A DNA stretch of 64,000 nt from Lama guanicoe (lineage: Eukaryota): assembly GCA_013239625.1 (NCBI GenBank), contig MU053754.1, forward strand, positions 1,221,966 through 1,285,965, written 5' to 3'. Shown one piece after another: positions 22,858 through 36,700 of the stretch (positions are counted from its first letter, which is position 1; the number at the start of each line of letters is the position of its first letter). Made by a program: the position numbers and the translations under genes. The notes below the pieces were generated by a model. The model was not told where the DNA came from. It worked only from the letters and a program-made list of their open reading frames with translations, and did no database searches.

Positions 22858-25391
22858 TGCCTGTGTGTGTGTGTGTGTCTGTATCTTTAGAAACTGGATA
22901 GGAAGCCTGCATGTAGATCACCCAAAATAGCATTTCAGTTCCTTGTAACTGATACAGTGAGGTATATCTACATATTAAAGAAACACATTTGGTGTTTGGA
23001 AGTGGGGGTGGCACATCCTAGTGGACACAAACACAGTCTTTATATCCTTCACAGGATCAATGCTGTTTTAATGACCCGGGTCTTGACGACCTATAGAATC
23101 ATCAAGAAAAACCCCATTTGGTCCAACCAGGACAGCGTCTCTGAGCAATACTCACTCCCAAGGGGCAAGAGATTAATTTCCCACTGTAACTAGTAATCTG
23201 TGCCCCATTAGACCTAGGACTGTTCCTGGCCCCCATCATTAATGCTCACCAAATGAAAACAAACACAATTTAGGAAAAATGAACAAACCTCCACTGCCTT
23301 CATTGAGAACTCACTTTCCTGCAGCCAGACTTGACATTAACATCTTAATAGCTCTGATAGAATCACTTAGGAGTCTGGCTTCGTGTAAATAGAAAAAATG
23401 TTAATGAGGAGAAAATGTGGGTGATTAATAAATGTGATTGAAATGAAATGACCTTTACTTATTCACTGAATAATTAAAGTAATCAAGGGAGACCCAGCTG
23501 TGATGAAAAAGTCAGAGAATAGACCAAAATACAATTAATAAAAAAACACAACATTCAATATGGTTTGCAGAGGACAGAGGCCTTTTAAAAATTGCTTTTT
23601 AAGTGAAATAGAGTTTTTTCCAGACTGGAGAATGCTTTCATTCAGGAGAGCATCAGCAATGTAACAGCACAGGACTGGACACACAATCCCTATAAAATAA
23701 AAAAGGAACATGCAAAGATCTGTCCTCTGAGTCCTTAGGTATCCTTTGAATTTCAAGTAGGCATTTCCAGTGGCGTTTGATATCGATCAGAAAACAGTGG
23801 TTCAAAGGCACCAGATGACTTCAAGTTCCTCTGTTGTTACTCTCAGGGAAGAAGAGGACGAGGAATGAATTATCCCTAAAAAGGCTGAGTCCTTTCTTTT
23901 GGCAGCAAAACAAGCAGCCCTGTCCAAGAAGCTTGGCAGGAAATAAATCCACATTTGTGGGTCACTGATAAAACTGCCCTCTACTGGAAGTGGCCGGGGA
24001 CATTTGGGCACTACTGCCTTGATCCACTGCTAATACATGTAGTGCAAACCACTGTCGTCACCAAACTTCCTTTGCCACTGCTTTCATCAAAAAACATCAA
24101 CTGCCTAACCTCTAAGCTTTCTTCTCTAAGCTGCATGTTACCTGAGGGCAAAAACTGATTTCATTTCACAGCCCCACACACCATCTGCACCCAGGCACTC
24201 AATACGTGCTTTACAAACGAACCCAATACATCACCGAAGCAGAGATCTAAAAAAAAAAAAAAAGTTATGACTTAGTGAGCTCATCACTTTCATCCAGTAC
24301 ACATTAATTCAGGTGACAGCACTGGAATCCTGCATCAGTATTTCTCCCTGGTACTCTTGTGCTTATTGTGAAAGAGTTGTGAATGTATTAAGTTCGCAGC
24401 TACTATGGGACAGTGCCGCCTGTCGCCCCAAAGTCCTCTTTACCATGCTGAAATGAAGACAGGAGAGTCAGGCCAGCAGAAGTGTCATGTGGAGGACGGA
24501 CAGGTTAGGTGCAGAGAAGAAGGCTGCTTCCCCAGACTCTCCAGAGGACCCTTCTGAAAAGAAACCACCATTCTAGTTTTACTTGTCTCACTGTGGCTTA
24601 TCTTTCTCCTTCTTTTAAAAAAAATATCTTGTTCCTTTGGGGGTGCTTTCCCACTTGTATCTGCTCACATTTTGCTTCTCCCTTCTATTCAGATATTAGC
24701 TGTTTTCTCTCTCCCAGTTTTCTTCAATTTGCTGGCTGCTTTTTCTGGATTTTTATCCTTCTTTTTATAGACCTCCCTCCTCCTGCTTCATTCTCTTCTT
24801 TCAAGTCCTCTTTTCCTTCCTATATCTAACATGTCGACTTGAATTTATCACAGTTATTTAAATACTTGAGTGACGTCCACAGAGCAGTCGTCAGCGGCCA
24901 GCAGTGGAACTGGGAATCCACGAGCAGCAGCCTCAATCCTGAGTGACACCCTGCTGTGCCAAACACAAAGGAAGGCTCTGCTTATTTTTGTGAAGAAAGA
25001 CTGAGCAGCTGCAGGCAAGACACACGGTTAGGGCAAACTGGGCACGGGCTGGAAACGAAATAGTAGAAAAACATCACCCTGCCAATGCCTGCAAAGTTCT
25101 AATTTGACGCACTGAGTACTCAAGTAATAAATTACAAGACATTCAAGTTGAATTGGAGCCTCTAATTCTAAGTCCTAAGAACCTTCCTTCCCTGGTGTGG
25201 ACCTCCAGGCCAGCACTGGTTAGCGCTGAACGTGACGTCACTATTTTCCAAGTCGATTCTTGTGCACATCAAAAGCTTATCTACCTCCATCCCACAGAGG
25301 CCAGGCATGTATGTTTGTTTATGGATGGGTCACAGGTGGCAGACTGAACAGGACTGAGTTCAAAGGTGATTCAAAACCTTCAGTTTAAAAT

Positions 25392-25883
25392 TGTGATGGT
25401 TAATTTTATGTATCAACTTGACTAGGCCACAGAGTGCCCAAATACTTGGTCAAACATGATTCTGGGTGTATGTGTGAGGGTGTTTTGGGATGAAGTTAAC
25501 ACACTGGTAGACTGAGGAAAGCAGACTGTCCCCCATAATATGGGTGGGTCTCAACCAGTCAGCCAAAGACCTGAACAGAACAAAAAGGCTGACCCTCCCC
25601 CAAGTAAGAATTTTTGCAGCCTGACAGCTTCTGAATTAGGACATCAATTTTTCTCCTGCCTTCGGACTTGAATTGAAACATTGACTCTTCCTGGGCCTCG
25701 GGCTTTGGGACTCAGACTAGAACTAAACTATCTGCGGCCCTGAGCCTCCAGCTTGCTGACACCCTGTGCAAATCTTGGGACTTGCCGCTTTCCACAACTG
25801 CACGAGCCAATTCCTTATAATCAATCTTTCTGAATGTATACACATCCTATGGGTTCTGTTTCTCTGGAGAATCCTGAGTAATA
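25392..25883 (+). mobile_element. MLT2 (MLT2D-like) ERVL solo LTR
   Basis: tgtgatggttaattttatgtatcaacttgact...ggttctgtttctctggagaatcctgagtaata. Confidence 0.9.
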
Positions 25884-26368
25884 TGAAGGTCTTGCCACTG
25901 TAAGAAACCTTAGAGTCGTGTATCAGAGCATCACATTCTCCCACGTAAGGCAAACCAAGAGCAGAAAGACTAAGGAACTGATGAGAGGTGAACAACAAGT
26001 TAGAGCAGTTGGTTGGTAACTGTTTCTCCTCAGGCCTCACGCGGGCCCTAGGGCAGTCACAGGTTTGCTTGTGATGCCGGGCAGATTTGATCCAGTTCTT
26101 CAGCTCTGGGACGTCAGAGGTGCGACAGCAAGTGGAACATCCAGAAGAAGAGGCGACGACTCTCCCCACATTAGGACGTTCGCTCCACCCCAGCAAAGAC
26201 GAGCCAGAAAGTTTCTCCGAGTACCCTCACTGCTAACTTAACTTCCCCAACCCCCAAGAGGTACACCTGTCTCTGGCTTGCTTTGTCAGTTTAATGATGC
26301 TGGAAGTGTCATATTTGCAAGGGACACAGGAGGATATTGAGATGAAACCATCAGAAGCACATTGCGGG

Positions 26369-26879
26369 TGTGATAGGCAAAGTGGCCCCCCAAACATGGC
26401 TGCTTCCTAATTCCCGGAATCTGTGAATATGTCACTTACATGGCAAAATGGACACGGAAGATGCGACTTAGGTGAGGGTCTGCGACTGAGAGAGCATCCT
26501 GGATTACCCCAGTGGGCCCTGTACAATCTCAAGTGTCCTTACGACAGGGAGGCAGGGGGCTCAGAGTGGGAGAAGGAGGCGTGGGGATGGAAGCAGAGGT
26601 CTGAGAAAGGGAAACCTGGCGATGTCATACCACTGGCTTGGCCGATTGAGGAAAGGACCACAAACCAAGGAGTGCAGGTGGCCTCTAACACCTGGAAAAG
26701 GCAAGAAAAGATTCTCCCCAGAGCCTCCAGAACACATGCAGCCTCTCAAAACCTTGATTTTAGCCCAGGATGACCCACTCTGGACGCTGACCTCTAGAAC
26801 CATAAGATAATACATTTGTGTCGTTTTAGGTTATGAAGTTTGAGTATTAGTTTGTCAAAGCAGCAACAGGAAACTACAA
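26369..26879 (+). mobile_element. MLT1D MaLR solo LTR
   Basis: tgtgataggca...tgtgaatatgtcacttacatggcaaaa...ggaaaaggcaagaaaagattctccccagagcctccagaa...gcagcaacaggaaact. Confidence 0.9.
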
Positions 26880-28328
26880 TAGTGGAGCTTGTAAAAAATC
26901 AGTGCATGGGGCCAGTTCTCAAGGACTCTAACTCACATTTTCTTGCATCAGTCAAACTTCATGTTCCATGAGTTTTGTCCACCGCTGGAGGTCCAGTCAA
27001 GCTGAATCGCCTTATCCCGCCAAGGAGCCTACAGTCTGAAGGGAAGACAGTCTTTTCAACATGAAGCACATCTCCTTCCTGGTGAAGAAGCTTAACAACC
27101 ATCCACTAAGAGTATTTTGACAGACTCTTGGTGACCCATAAACCTTTACTAAAAAGCCCCAAAACTCCGTGTATTTTGCTTACTCAGGTCAGCTTTCCTA
27201 AAGGAATATTTTGGCAGTGAATCCTTGAATTTTTCTTGCAGCCTTCCACAGTTCTTCCACACACTTGCCTCCCGAGAAGCGTGTTGTTATTTTGACTTCA
27301 TCCACAGCCCCAAACCTAACAGCTGCGAGGTATGGGTTGGTGAGCCGTCTGGCAAGGCCAGCTGGTCGGCTATATTCTGGGACATCACCCTGTCGCCCTA
27401 AAAGTTCACGAGGATCAGCGTTGAGGATGAAATACTGCAGAAGCCAGTGATGATGCCTGCAGTCCAGCTAAGTCTCTAGGTGCAACTGAATTTCTAGATC
27501 TGCAGAGTGGTCCACAGTCTGACACCCTGTGTGGATGCCTTTGTATCTGCTGGCCTTTTCCCCATAGAGCAAGCAGCCAGCCTCCTATGTTTCTTCTGAA
27601 GCTCTGCCCTCTCCCCTGCTGTTCCAGAACGTGCTAAGTGAGGAAGACAAGGCAGTGACCACCATGTCGATTAAACTCTGTTCCTGATTTTCTGCCTTTC
27701 TCGGCAACCCCATCCTTTGCCACGTGACTGTAGTTTCTCCCATCACTGGTGAGTGCGCTTCCCTGCTGTACTGATGCTGAACTTGACAGACAGGAGCTGG
27801 AGACTTAAGATTAGGATGCCACTCATTATTCACATGTAGGGACAACTCCAGCTTCCAATTTCCTTGTCAGTATTTCAGACCACTTGACAGCCACTGTGAT
27901 CTGATTTGGGGCTCAGAATATAGAAGCATAGTACTTTGACGGCTTTTTACAGATTTTTAACCTTTTATTCTCCACCCTAAGAGGCAAACAAGTGAGCTGA
28001 TTTTTTTTAAATCTCTGTAAAATATTTTAAGGTGTTTTCCATGCAGAGACAAGTAAGCCAAGAAGGGGACTAACTCTAAAATATGCACATTTCTCTGAAA
28101 CTTGGATATAATTTTTACTTGCAAAAGGACACTCAAAATATAAATGGAAAGTATTCGATATAAAGATCTCAGCTTTTTCAGAATCGTGATTTTAATTGCT
28201 AAGATAAATGTTGAGGCTGATTTAGCATCAGAATCATAATTGACCATAGGTTTTCTCTTGTTTTTAAAACCGTTGCTGCAATACCAAATACAGTTTCAAG
28301 ACTGAAGTGAAGTTTCCCCATAAGAGTT

Positions 28329-28745
28329 TGTTATGGGTTGAACTGTGTCTCTCCAAAAGATGTTGAAGCACTAACCCCCAGTACCCACGAATGTGACCTG
28401 ACTTGGAAACAGGGGTTTTCGTATGATTAAGACGAAGTCATTGGGGTGGGCCTTAATTCACTGTGACTGGTATCCTCACACAAGGGGAAGTCTGAACGCA
28501 GAGACAGACGTGGAGACAAGGCAGACAACGTGAAGACATAGGGAGAATTCCGCCAGCAAGCCAAGACAGAGCTGAGGCTCCCAGAAACTAGGAGAAACTG
28601 TCCCCAGCAGCCCTCAGAAGAAACCAACCCTGCCGACACCTTGATCTGGAACTTCCAGCCCCCAGAACCATATGTCAACAATTTCTGTGGTGTCAGACAC
28701 CCACTTTGTGGTATACTGTTAGAGCAGCCCTAGGAGACAGATACA
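28329..28745 (+). mobile_element. MLT1B MaLR solo LTR
   Basis: tgttatgggttgaactgtgtc...aaccaaccctgccgacaccttgatct...gcagccctagga...ataca. Confidence 0.9.
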
Positions 28746-29377
28746 GGTATCACATTTGCTTTGGTTCCTCTGATGTATTACAGAGAAGAAGCTATCAGTT
28801 ACAATATTCAGGTGAAAACCAGTCTAAGAATTACCCACAAAAATATTTCCAGACCCTATTCTTCCAAGCATTGTGTTACTAAATAAACACCAACCCCAGT
28901 GCCCTGCCTGGGGTTCCTGAGCCATCAAACTTACTGCAGTAAATAGTCTCCTTGTTTTTCACGCTAAATTCTTCATGGAGTATGAAATGGGCTCCAAATG
29001 TTCCAAGACTCAACGTCCACAAAAATCGTCAGTATTGAAAAATAAGACAAGACTCAGTACAAGCTATTTCTATTTTTTCTGGCTCTTAAAATTATTAGTT
29101 TGTCAAAGATTCAAGACAGAACCTAAACCAAACAAATGGATCCTTTCAACATTACTAGAATATCAGCTTAGACGGCTTTATTTTCACTGATGGTGGAAAT
29201 AATTTTAGGTCATTGGGCTGACTTTCTTCAGGAGCCAACACTTTATCTCCCGCCTTCCTGCATTTATTTTGCAACTTCAGGAAGCATTGCTCTTTTTCAT
29301 CGGTGTTGTCCCTTCCTACCTTGTCAAAGCCTGCCCTCAGCATTTCCCCTGTAATCCTTCACACCATACTGTAAACC

Positions 29378-29594
29378 AGCAGAAGGCAACGTGTTAAGCC
29401 ACTCAGGACCAGCCTGCACCTGCTCTTATGAATGAAATTTGACTGTAACATAGCCAAAGTGCATCCACACGGGCTACTTTGATCTCCCTCCGCAAAGCAA
29501 TGTGGAGTAGTGACAACAGAGTGTATCTATGTGACCCGCAAGGCTCAAAATATTTCCTATCTGGTCCTTTGCAGGAAAAGTTTGCCAATTCTTG
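29378..29594. mobile_element. MER58A-like hAT-Charlie MITE
   Basis: aaaatatttcctatctggtcctttgcaggaaaagtttgccaattcttg terminus. Confidence 0.8.
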
Positions 29595-31184
29595 TTTTAA
29601 GGCTTCTCTCTAAATAAAAGCAAGAAGAAACAACACAATCCCCACATAATGTTTACATTATATCTGAAATCTTCCAAACACAGGAGAGCAAACAGCATCC
29701 ATTGTGTGGGATGTAAACAGCCACAGATTTCACATCAAATAAACCATGAACCTACTATAACTTTGAGTCCAACAAAAGCAATGAGAAATGGGATTGGAGG
29801 CCGCATTTCAGGAACCAAGTGTGTATCTGGGGTGATTTAAATAACTGTGTGTTCACATGCAAGTATCTGTACAAGTTTCTTGGTGTTCATTTCTGTTCTC
29901 ATCATCTGCCCTCTTGGTTTCAGGACACGCAGAATATTGACTTATTCCCAGATCTTGAACTTGAAGAGATATATTTTATTAAATACGAACTAATGTTTCA
30001 TTTTCAAAGTTAGTACTTGACTGGTTTGGTTGCACACCATGTGTCAGTTTCCTGCGTCATACCCCAAAATTGCTATTGTTTGCTAAGGAACAGTCTGTTC
30101 GCTGGCACCCCTGAAGGCAAACCTACAAACGAAGGGTTATAAACAGCTGGATCAAGCCAGGTCTCCAATTAGTCTTCCTCTACCCTCAACTCCAACAGCT
30201 GTTCCCACCTTTGGTTCCATCAATGGTTCCATGGATGATGGAAATACAATGTCTATTACATAACCCAAACGAAATGCTATTACTGCTTTTCCCACGTCCA
30301 TGATTGCCCTTGACAGTTCACCAGCTGATTATCGCTGATTATCCTCCTGAGTTATGCACCTGCCACTCCTGCTCCTTACCTTTTTGTTGCTTTTTAGCAC
30401 TGTGACTGCAAAGGGAAACAAAGTTTAAAGGAAGTCAACCAACAGTATCTCTACTGTATTTCTGGAGAAGTCTTGGAGTCTCTGAGTAATCAAGGTTATA
30501 ATTCCCAATCACTTTCTCAGAAACGTGTGGGATTTGGGGCATACAACATTCTCAGTGGGAAGTGTAAAAATTTTTATCAGTGAGTAGGAAACAACTTGGC
30601 TTAGATCCTGGGACTCCTAGGTTTGCTTGGTCTCAGTAGCTTGACGTTTTAAAACACATGCACCAAACAAAATACAAAATGCCTAGATTAACACACATAT
30701 TTTCTCAGGTTGGAATGCAGCCAATTGCAATTTGTTCATTCATTCAACAAATATTGATTGTGTACCTATTATGTGCCCAGGGCTGTTCCAAGTTCTCAGA
30801 GTACAGTTGCCAACAGCAAAGCAAAATATCACTGCCCAAGATAAACTTCCATTCTAATGAGCTAGTCTGTCTAATGTGGATAATCATGATAAAAGGGAAA
30901 TCTTAATGATGAAGTCAGAAACATCAGATTACAGGTAGCTAAAGCTTTTTTTACAGATCTCATAGAACTGTTGGCCTGATAACTGCTACCAGTACATCTT
31001 TTTCTTGTCAGTCTCTTCCCCTCCTTTTTTTTTTTTTTAAAAAAAGCATTTTACCAATGTCTCTCCATTTTCTAAGCATTTGTTCAAATGCTTCAAATAA
31101 TTCAAAGTCATCTTGCTGTCCTAATTCCAGACTTTTCAGAACATCAGCTTCCCTAGTCACTCACCCAAGAGATACATATTGAGC

Positions 31185-31650
31185 AGTGTTTCAGTGTTTT
31201 ATTGCTGTGTAACAACCATCCCCAAACATCAAGTGGCTTAAAACAGCAATGTTCATTTATTTGGCTGGGTTAGGTAGTGATGAGTCATCTCCCTTCCCAG
31301 CAGTAGGGCAGCTCAGCAGCGCCTGGAGGATACTCTCGCTAGCAGACAAGCTGGTGCTGGCTATTTATGGGGAACTTACTAGGTGGGGCTGTGGGTTTGG
31401 GGCCTCAATTCATCTCCACGTGAGCCTCTCACTGAGGTTGTCTGGGCTTCCCCAGAACATGGTAGCTGCGTTCCAAAGAGAAGTATTTCAGAACATAGGC
31501 TGTGGAAGCTGCCAGTCTCTTAAGGCTTGGGTGTGGAGGGTGCCACAGGCCACTGCTGCTATGTCGTATTGTTCAGAGCAGTCATGGATCTACCCAGAAC
31601 CACTGGGAGGAGACCAAAAAACAAAACAAAAAACACCCTACTTCTCAAAG
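31185..31650 (-). mobile_element. Old MLT1 (J/K/L-like) LTR, with L2 pieces at ~30735-30860 and ~31670-31790
   Basis: tattgctgtgtaacaaccatccccaaac...gtggcttaaaacagcaat...aacatggtagctgcgttccaaag. Confidence 0.7.
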
Positions 31651-31794
31651 AGAGACATATCAAAGGATTTCAGTGTGCTTTTGTGTGCCAGATATTACGG
31701 AAGGCAAATGAATAAGACACAGCCCTCTGAGCTCCACAAGAAGCTCAGAGTCCAGCAGAACCACTGAGCTAACAAACAGTTTTAACACAACAGG

Positions 31795-32944
31795 TTAACT
31801 TACGGGGAAGGTGCTGTAGGTACACAGGGAGAAACTTGAACATTTTTAAAGTAGGAGCTCAGGCAGTTAAAACAAATAAAAACAAACAAACAAACAAACA
31901 AAAAAACAGTGAGTGGCAGAACACAGTGTAAATGCGGAGACTGTGGCCAATAGTGTGAACGTTGCCTGTTGACTCCCCATTCAACCATGAAACAACTGCC
32001 AAGGTCACAATCTGTCCCTCCTGTCACTAAGTGAACCAAACACTCAAGCAGGTGTGCCCTGGACCAGACTGGGCAGCATCCCCTCATCTGCACCCTCTGT
32101 AGCCTGTCCTCCACCCCTCTCTCTCCTCCACCTCGTGGTCCACTGACCTCTCTTTGACAGGAGGCTTCTCAGCAAAGGCGTGTGAGCCTCCCGCCTGTCT
32201 CTGTGGGGACTCACTCCAGAAGCCCACTTCCCACAAATCCCCCTCACCAGACTGGGGGCTTCCTGAGCTGTGGCTCCAGTGACCAGATCACATGGAGCTG
32301 TGGCTGAAAGCACTGGACACTGAAACGTTCTTAGTTTGTGTGCTCACACTCCCTCAAGCCTGTTCTCATATGCACATTCCCAAGCACAGATAGAATTCAG
32401 GTCCTGGGCAACAGGCTTCAAGCCCCATAGGTGCATTCAAAATGGTGTGTTTCATAGGTTTATGCAAAGACAGATCCATGTACACATGTCACTTAAAGTG
32501 AGTTGACTATGATGTATAAGAATCAGAAAATTAATGGCCATTTTCCAGGTCTAGAAAAAATATACTGTTAGGTTATAATTGGCCTTAAAGTAGGGGGAAA
32601 TTTTAAAATATTTACTTATTCCAGAGCTTCTTAAATGGATGCCCAAACTTCACTACATATTTCAGTTCAACCTGTATATGATTCACCTGTTTCAGGTGGC
32701 TTTTCCTAACTAAGGTCACTCACTCTGTGCCTATCTTCTACAATTCTGCATGAATGCAGCACCCGTGCACTTGTTTTCACCTCCGGGGTATGTTGTGGGA
32801 TGTGTCACTCTATGCATCGCTGGGTAGACTCAGCCCTCTTACAATTCAGGACCAATGAAAGGGACTGGAATAAAACCAGCAGCTAAACATGCTTGAGGTT
32901 GACAAATGCTACCTGATGGTTCTTTGTTTGTACTTTTGTTCACT
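31795..32944 (-). repeat. Inverted repeat arm C
   Basis: Manual reverse-complement alignment to 17831-18955: roughly 70% in the outer part, ~90% in the middle, 201/202 in the core. Confidence 0.95.
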
Positions 32945-34847
32945 CACCTCACACTTATTCAACTACTACAGACCAGACACTACATGAAAATATGTGAGGG
33001 TACACACACACACACACACACACTTATGAGTATGTATATGTCTGTCCCTAAATGTTTGTAAGGTAGATAGGGATAGAAAGTGTGTAGTCAGACAATAGAC
33101 AAAAAAGTGCCAACACAGAGACCAACCATGGAAGGCATTCTGGCCGACGAGGAATTCAAGTTGTTCTTTAAATGGTTTTTAGCACATTAGAGGAAGACAT
33201 TAGAGATGATAAAAAGCCTCTAGATATAAACCACTAATTGGGATTTGTACTATTATTTGATATCAAAACTTAATTCACTTAATTTGAGTTACGTATAGAA
33301 TAAGAATTATGAAATTATGTAAAAGTGGCTTACTTAATATTTTTATTACAAGAAACATTTCTTACACAACAAACCCCACTCACATTTGCTCATCCTCTCA
33401 TTGCATTTCCATGTCAGGATGGATATAAAGCCTCGCCATGTACTGATTTAACTGTGAACAAACAGAAGTGGCAATACCAAGTTGAATTTACGTTGTAAAG
33501 TTACTCAGCACCCAACAGTACATCCAAGATCTACCAAAATGCAAAATAAGCAGCTCTCTATTCATCGGTGAGGGACCCTCAGTCTTTTTAATGGAGCCCT
33601 ATCCACAAATACAGAGGCTCATTTAAGCCAGCGGATTGACATCCAGCTATTCTGCAATTCCTGCTCTCCAACCCGATGGGGTAGCGTGCTGACAGCCCTT
33701 GTGTTGGCTCACAACTTTAAAACAAACTGAGATGAAGGCCCTCGTGCTAAGTGCAATAACACACATTTTCAGTCATGGGAAGCCACGGGTACCCGCTGAA
33801 AACGCAGTGTACACTGTATGCAAACAGCATAAAATAACAGCCTACCTGACCGTAACATTAAGGGCTTTATAAAATAAAGTCAGATTACAGCAAAGTAAAG
33901 GTATATGTTTTTCATATTTAAAGCTTATCTTTAGTTCCATGGACTTGAAGACTGTAATCTTTTTCACAATGTATCTATAGGATGAAGCCCTGCTAAGACC
34001 TGTGTGAATAAGGCTATTTCTTGCAGAATCTAAACTCATTGAGATGCATAATAACTACTGCTTTCGGCAGGCAGTGAAAATGGCACCCAAAATTAAAGGA
34101 CAACTTTTCCATCTGCAGAATATCATACCCCATCACTTTGAATCAGGTCTACCATCAATTTAACACTCTGATAAAGCCTCGTGCCTCTGTGGTAATAAGA
34201 GGAAAGAGGTTTACAAATTTTTTAAAATACATTTTACTCTATCACAATAGACCAATTACATGTTTTGATTCGCTAGCACTGCGTTTTCATTTTGTCCATA
34301 ACAAAAATGGACCACTCCATTATCGAGATAGGTAATCAATGTTTTAAAATACAATTTATCAGAAGCATTCTGACTTCCATTCATTCTCTTCATTCATTGT
34401 GCAAAACTGTGTAATGGGCAAAAGTTGTAATTTGGAACGGAATGTTTCACTCTGTCACCCGAACAAGACAAACTAGTAGAAGCAGGTCAGGGTTGTTCTT
34501 TGAAAGAAGAAAGGACGAGACTTCCAGCTAAAGAGATCCAGTGAGACCATGTTCCAGCTCTCCCCTTCCTCAGAATCCCACCCAAAACAGCAAAATGTAA
34601 ACAATCAGGAACTTGAAATACTCATCAATGACACTAGCACAAACCACAAAGGACACAGCAAACTTGGCAAGTATTGTGAAGCCTGGGCCAAGGCAGACAG
34701 CATGACACTGGAGCTCCAAGACACCTTGGGTTTCCCCAAATTCGCTGCCAGGATCCTGAAAGGTCCAGCCTAAAGGTCTTTGATGAGAGGTCTGAGATCC
34801 CAGTTTGGTGGGGCACTGAGGGAGAAAAGGGAATGCTCCTTGCAAGC

Positions 34848-35070
34848 AGAGGTTCTCAGTGGGGGGCAACCCGCCACTCAGCCAGCGGACACCCTGCGGT
34901 AAGTGGAGACATTTTTGGGTTCACACAACTGGGGAGGTGCTGCCAGCACCCAGTTAGTTAGCCGGATGAGGCCGGGGTGCTGCTAAACATCCTACAGCCC
35001 AGGTCACCTCCCGCCCCAGCCAAGAACGATGGGCCCCAAATGTTTACAGTGCCGAGGTTGAGAAATCCTG
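34848..35070. mobile_element. MER20 hAT-Charlie MITE
   Basis: cagaggttctca...tggagacatttttgg...tgctgctaaacatcctaca...gtgccgaggttgagaaatcctg. Confidence 0.9.
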
Positions 35071-35479
35071 TTCCAGAGGCCTGACTGAGCAGCCAGAAGT
35101 GGGGGGAGGAGATGCCAGCCTGACAGGCACTTTGTGTGGTCAGCAACACAGCCTTCCAGACGTTTCTGGGAAACGCGGAGGAGGCAACAAGGGACCAGTG
35201 ACAGTGTAAGGAACACGCTCCTGAGGGCTTCGCTGGGAGCCCACCCAACCTCCCGAATTTTGCAAAGGGAGACACGCCCTCAGGGTGAAGAAATAACTGC
35301 TCTGTTAAGAGTGCGTTCAAGACCACAGATTCGGAATGGAGGCTGCTCCTCCCTCAGGGCCCGCAGGTCCCGTTCAACACGGTACAACGCGGTACAACGA
35401 TGTGAAAGGAGCGCCCTTGGTTCTTCCGCACCGGGGAGTGGGGGGATGGTGGGCACAGGAGCGAGGGAGAGAGAGAAGA

Positions 35480-36700
35480 GGCTACAAACAAGACAAGGAC
35501 ATGGATGACCAGAACGTCTATCCCCCCAAAAGAGAAAACCACAAATTTCAGACAACTATTTCTCCAGAGTCACAAGTAAACTATAGAGAATAGAGATGAG
35601 ATTATTATTAAATGAAAAAACAATAAAAGGAGATTTTCCAAAACCTAGCTAGTGGAGCCCAGGAAAGAAATGGGAAAGAAGCACCAGTAAAAACAAAACA
35701 AAACAAAACAAAACAAAACAACCAGATCAAGTGAATATAACAGAGAAAATTCAGAATCACTGATTCTAGAGTCGAGGCCATGCAACACAGCAAATTGGGA
35801 GAGAGCAAGGGTATAAAAAGCCTGAAGATGGCTGGATGTGCACATGACGGGAGCCCAGTGCAGTGTAACTGCTATTCCTACAGAAGACAAGAGAGCGATG
35901 CACTGAAAATCTATTCAGAGTTATAATAAACAACATTTTACTGTGGAATAAACACTTGATAATAAACACTTGAATAAACCCGTTGATAGGGAGGACACCA
36001 TGTCCCAAGGAATCTGCTGCGGAATCATCAGCGTGAAGACCGTGGTGAAATTCACCACCTTCCAACACAAAGGATCCCGTGGGGACGCCCGTGGGAAAAG
36101 GTCGAGTTACGGAAAAGGAGAAAGATTCAATTAATGTTAGACTTCCGGACTGCCACGCTGGGTGCCAGAAGGTCACAGGGCAGCGACTACAGAATCCTGA
36201 AGGTAAAGACAGTGTCCTCCCCAAAGTTCACGCCCAGCCATGCTGTCTTCCAATTACAATGCCATAGATGGACATTCTGCAGCATGGCAGTGCTGTAAGA
36301 ATATAGCACCCACATTCCTGTCTTCAAAACATTCCTGAGTGGCAAACTCAGGCAATAAAAGACCAATCAGAATAACTTGGGAAAAGGGGAAAAGTGATCA
36401 GAAATCTGAGACTGAGAATCAAATAATTTTAGATCCAGGAATGAAATTATGATTACAAACAGAGAAAAAAAATTAAAATAATACAAAAAAACAAAAAAAA
36501 ATCAAAGGTCATTGGGAAAGATGCAAAGAGGAAGTTGTGTTATAATAAAAAGCCTCATTTTCATAACAAGAAGGTAATGGGCAAAGTTGAAACATGTAGT
36601 TTTTTAAAAGGATTAAAAAAAAAACTTTTAACATTTTATGCTTCTATATAACTCTTCTAGGAAATGAAGTAATTTTTGAAAAAGAAATATTCATCTAACA
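35480..36700 (+). mobile_element. Degenerate L1 ORF1/HAL1-like remnant
   Basis: A-rich sense strand with ORF1-like text (ttagacttccggactgccacgctgggtgccagaagg...cagaatcctgaagg). Confidence 0.5.
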
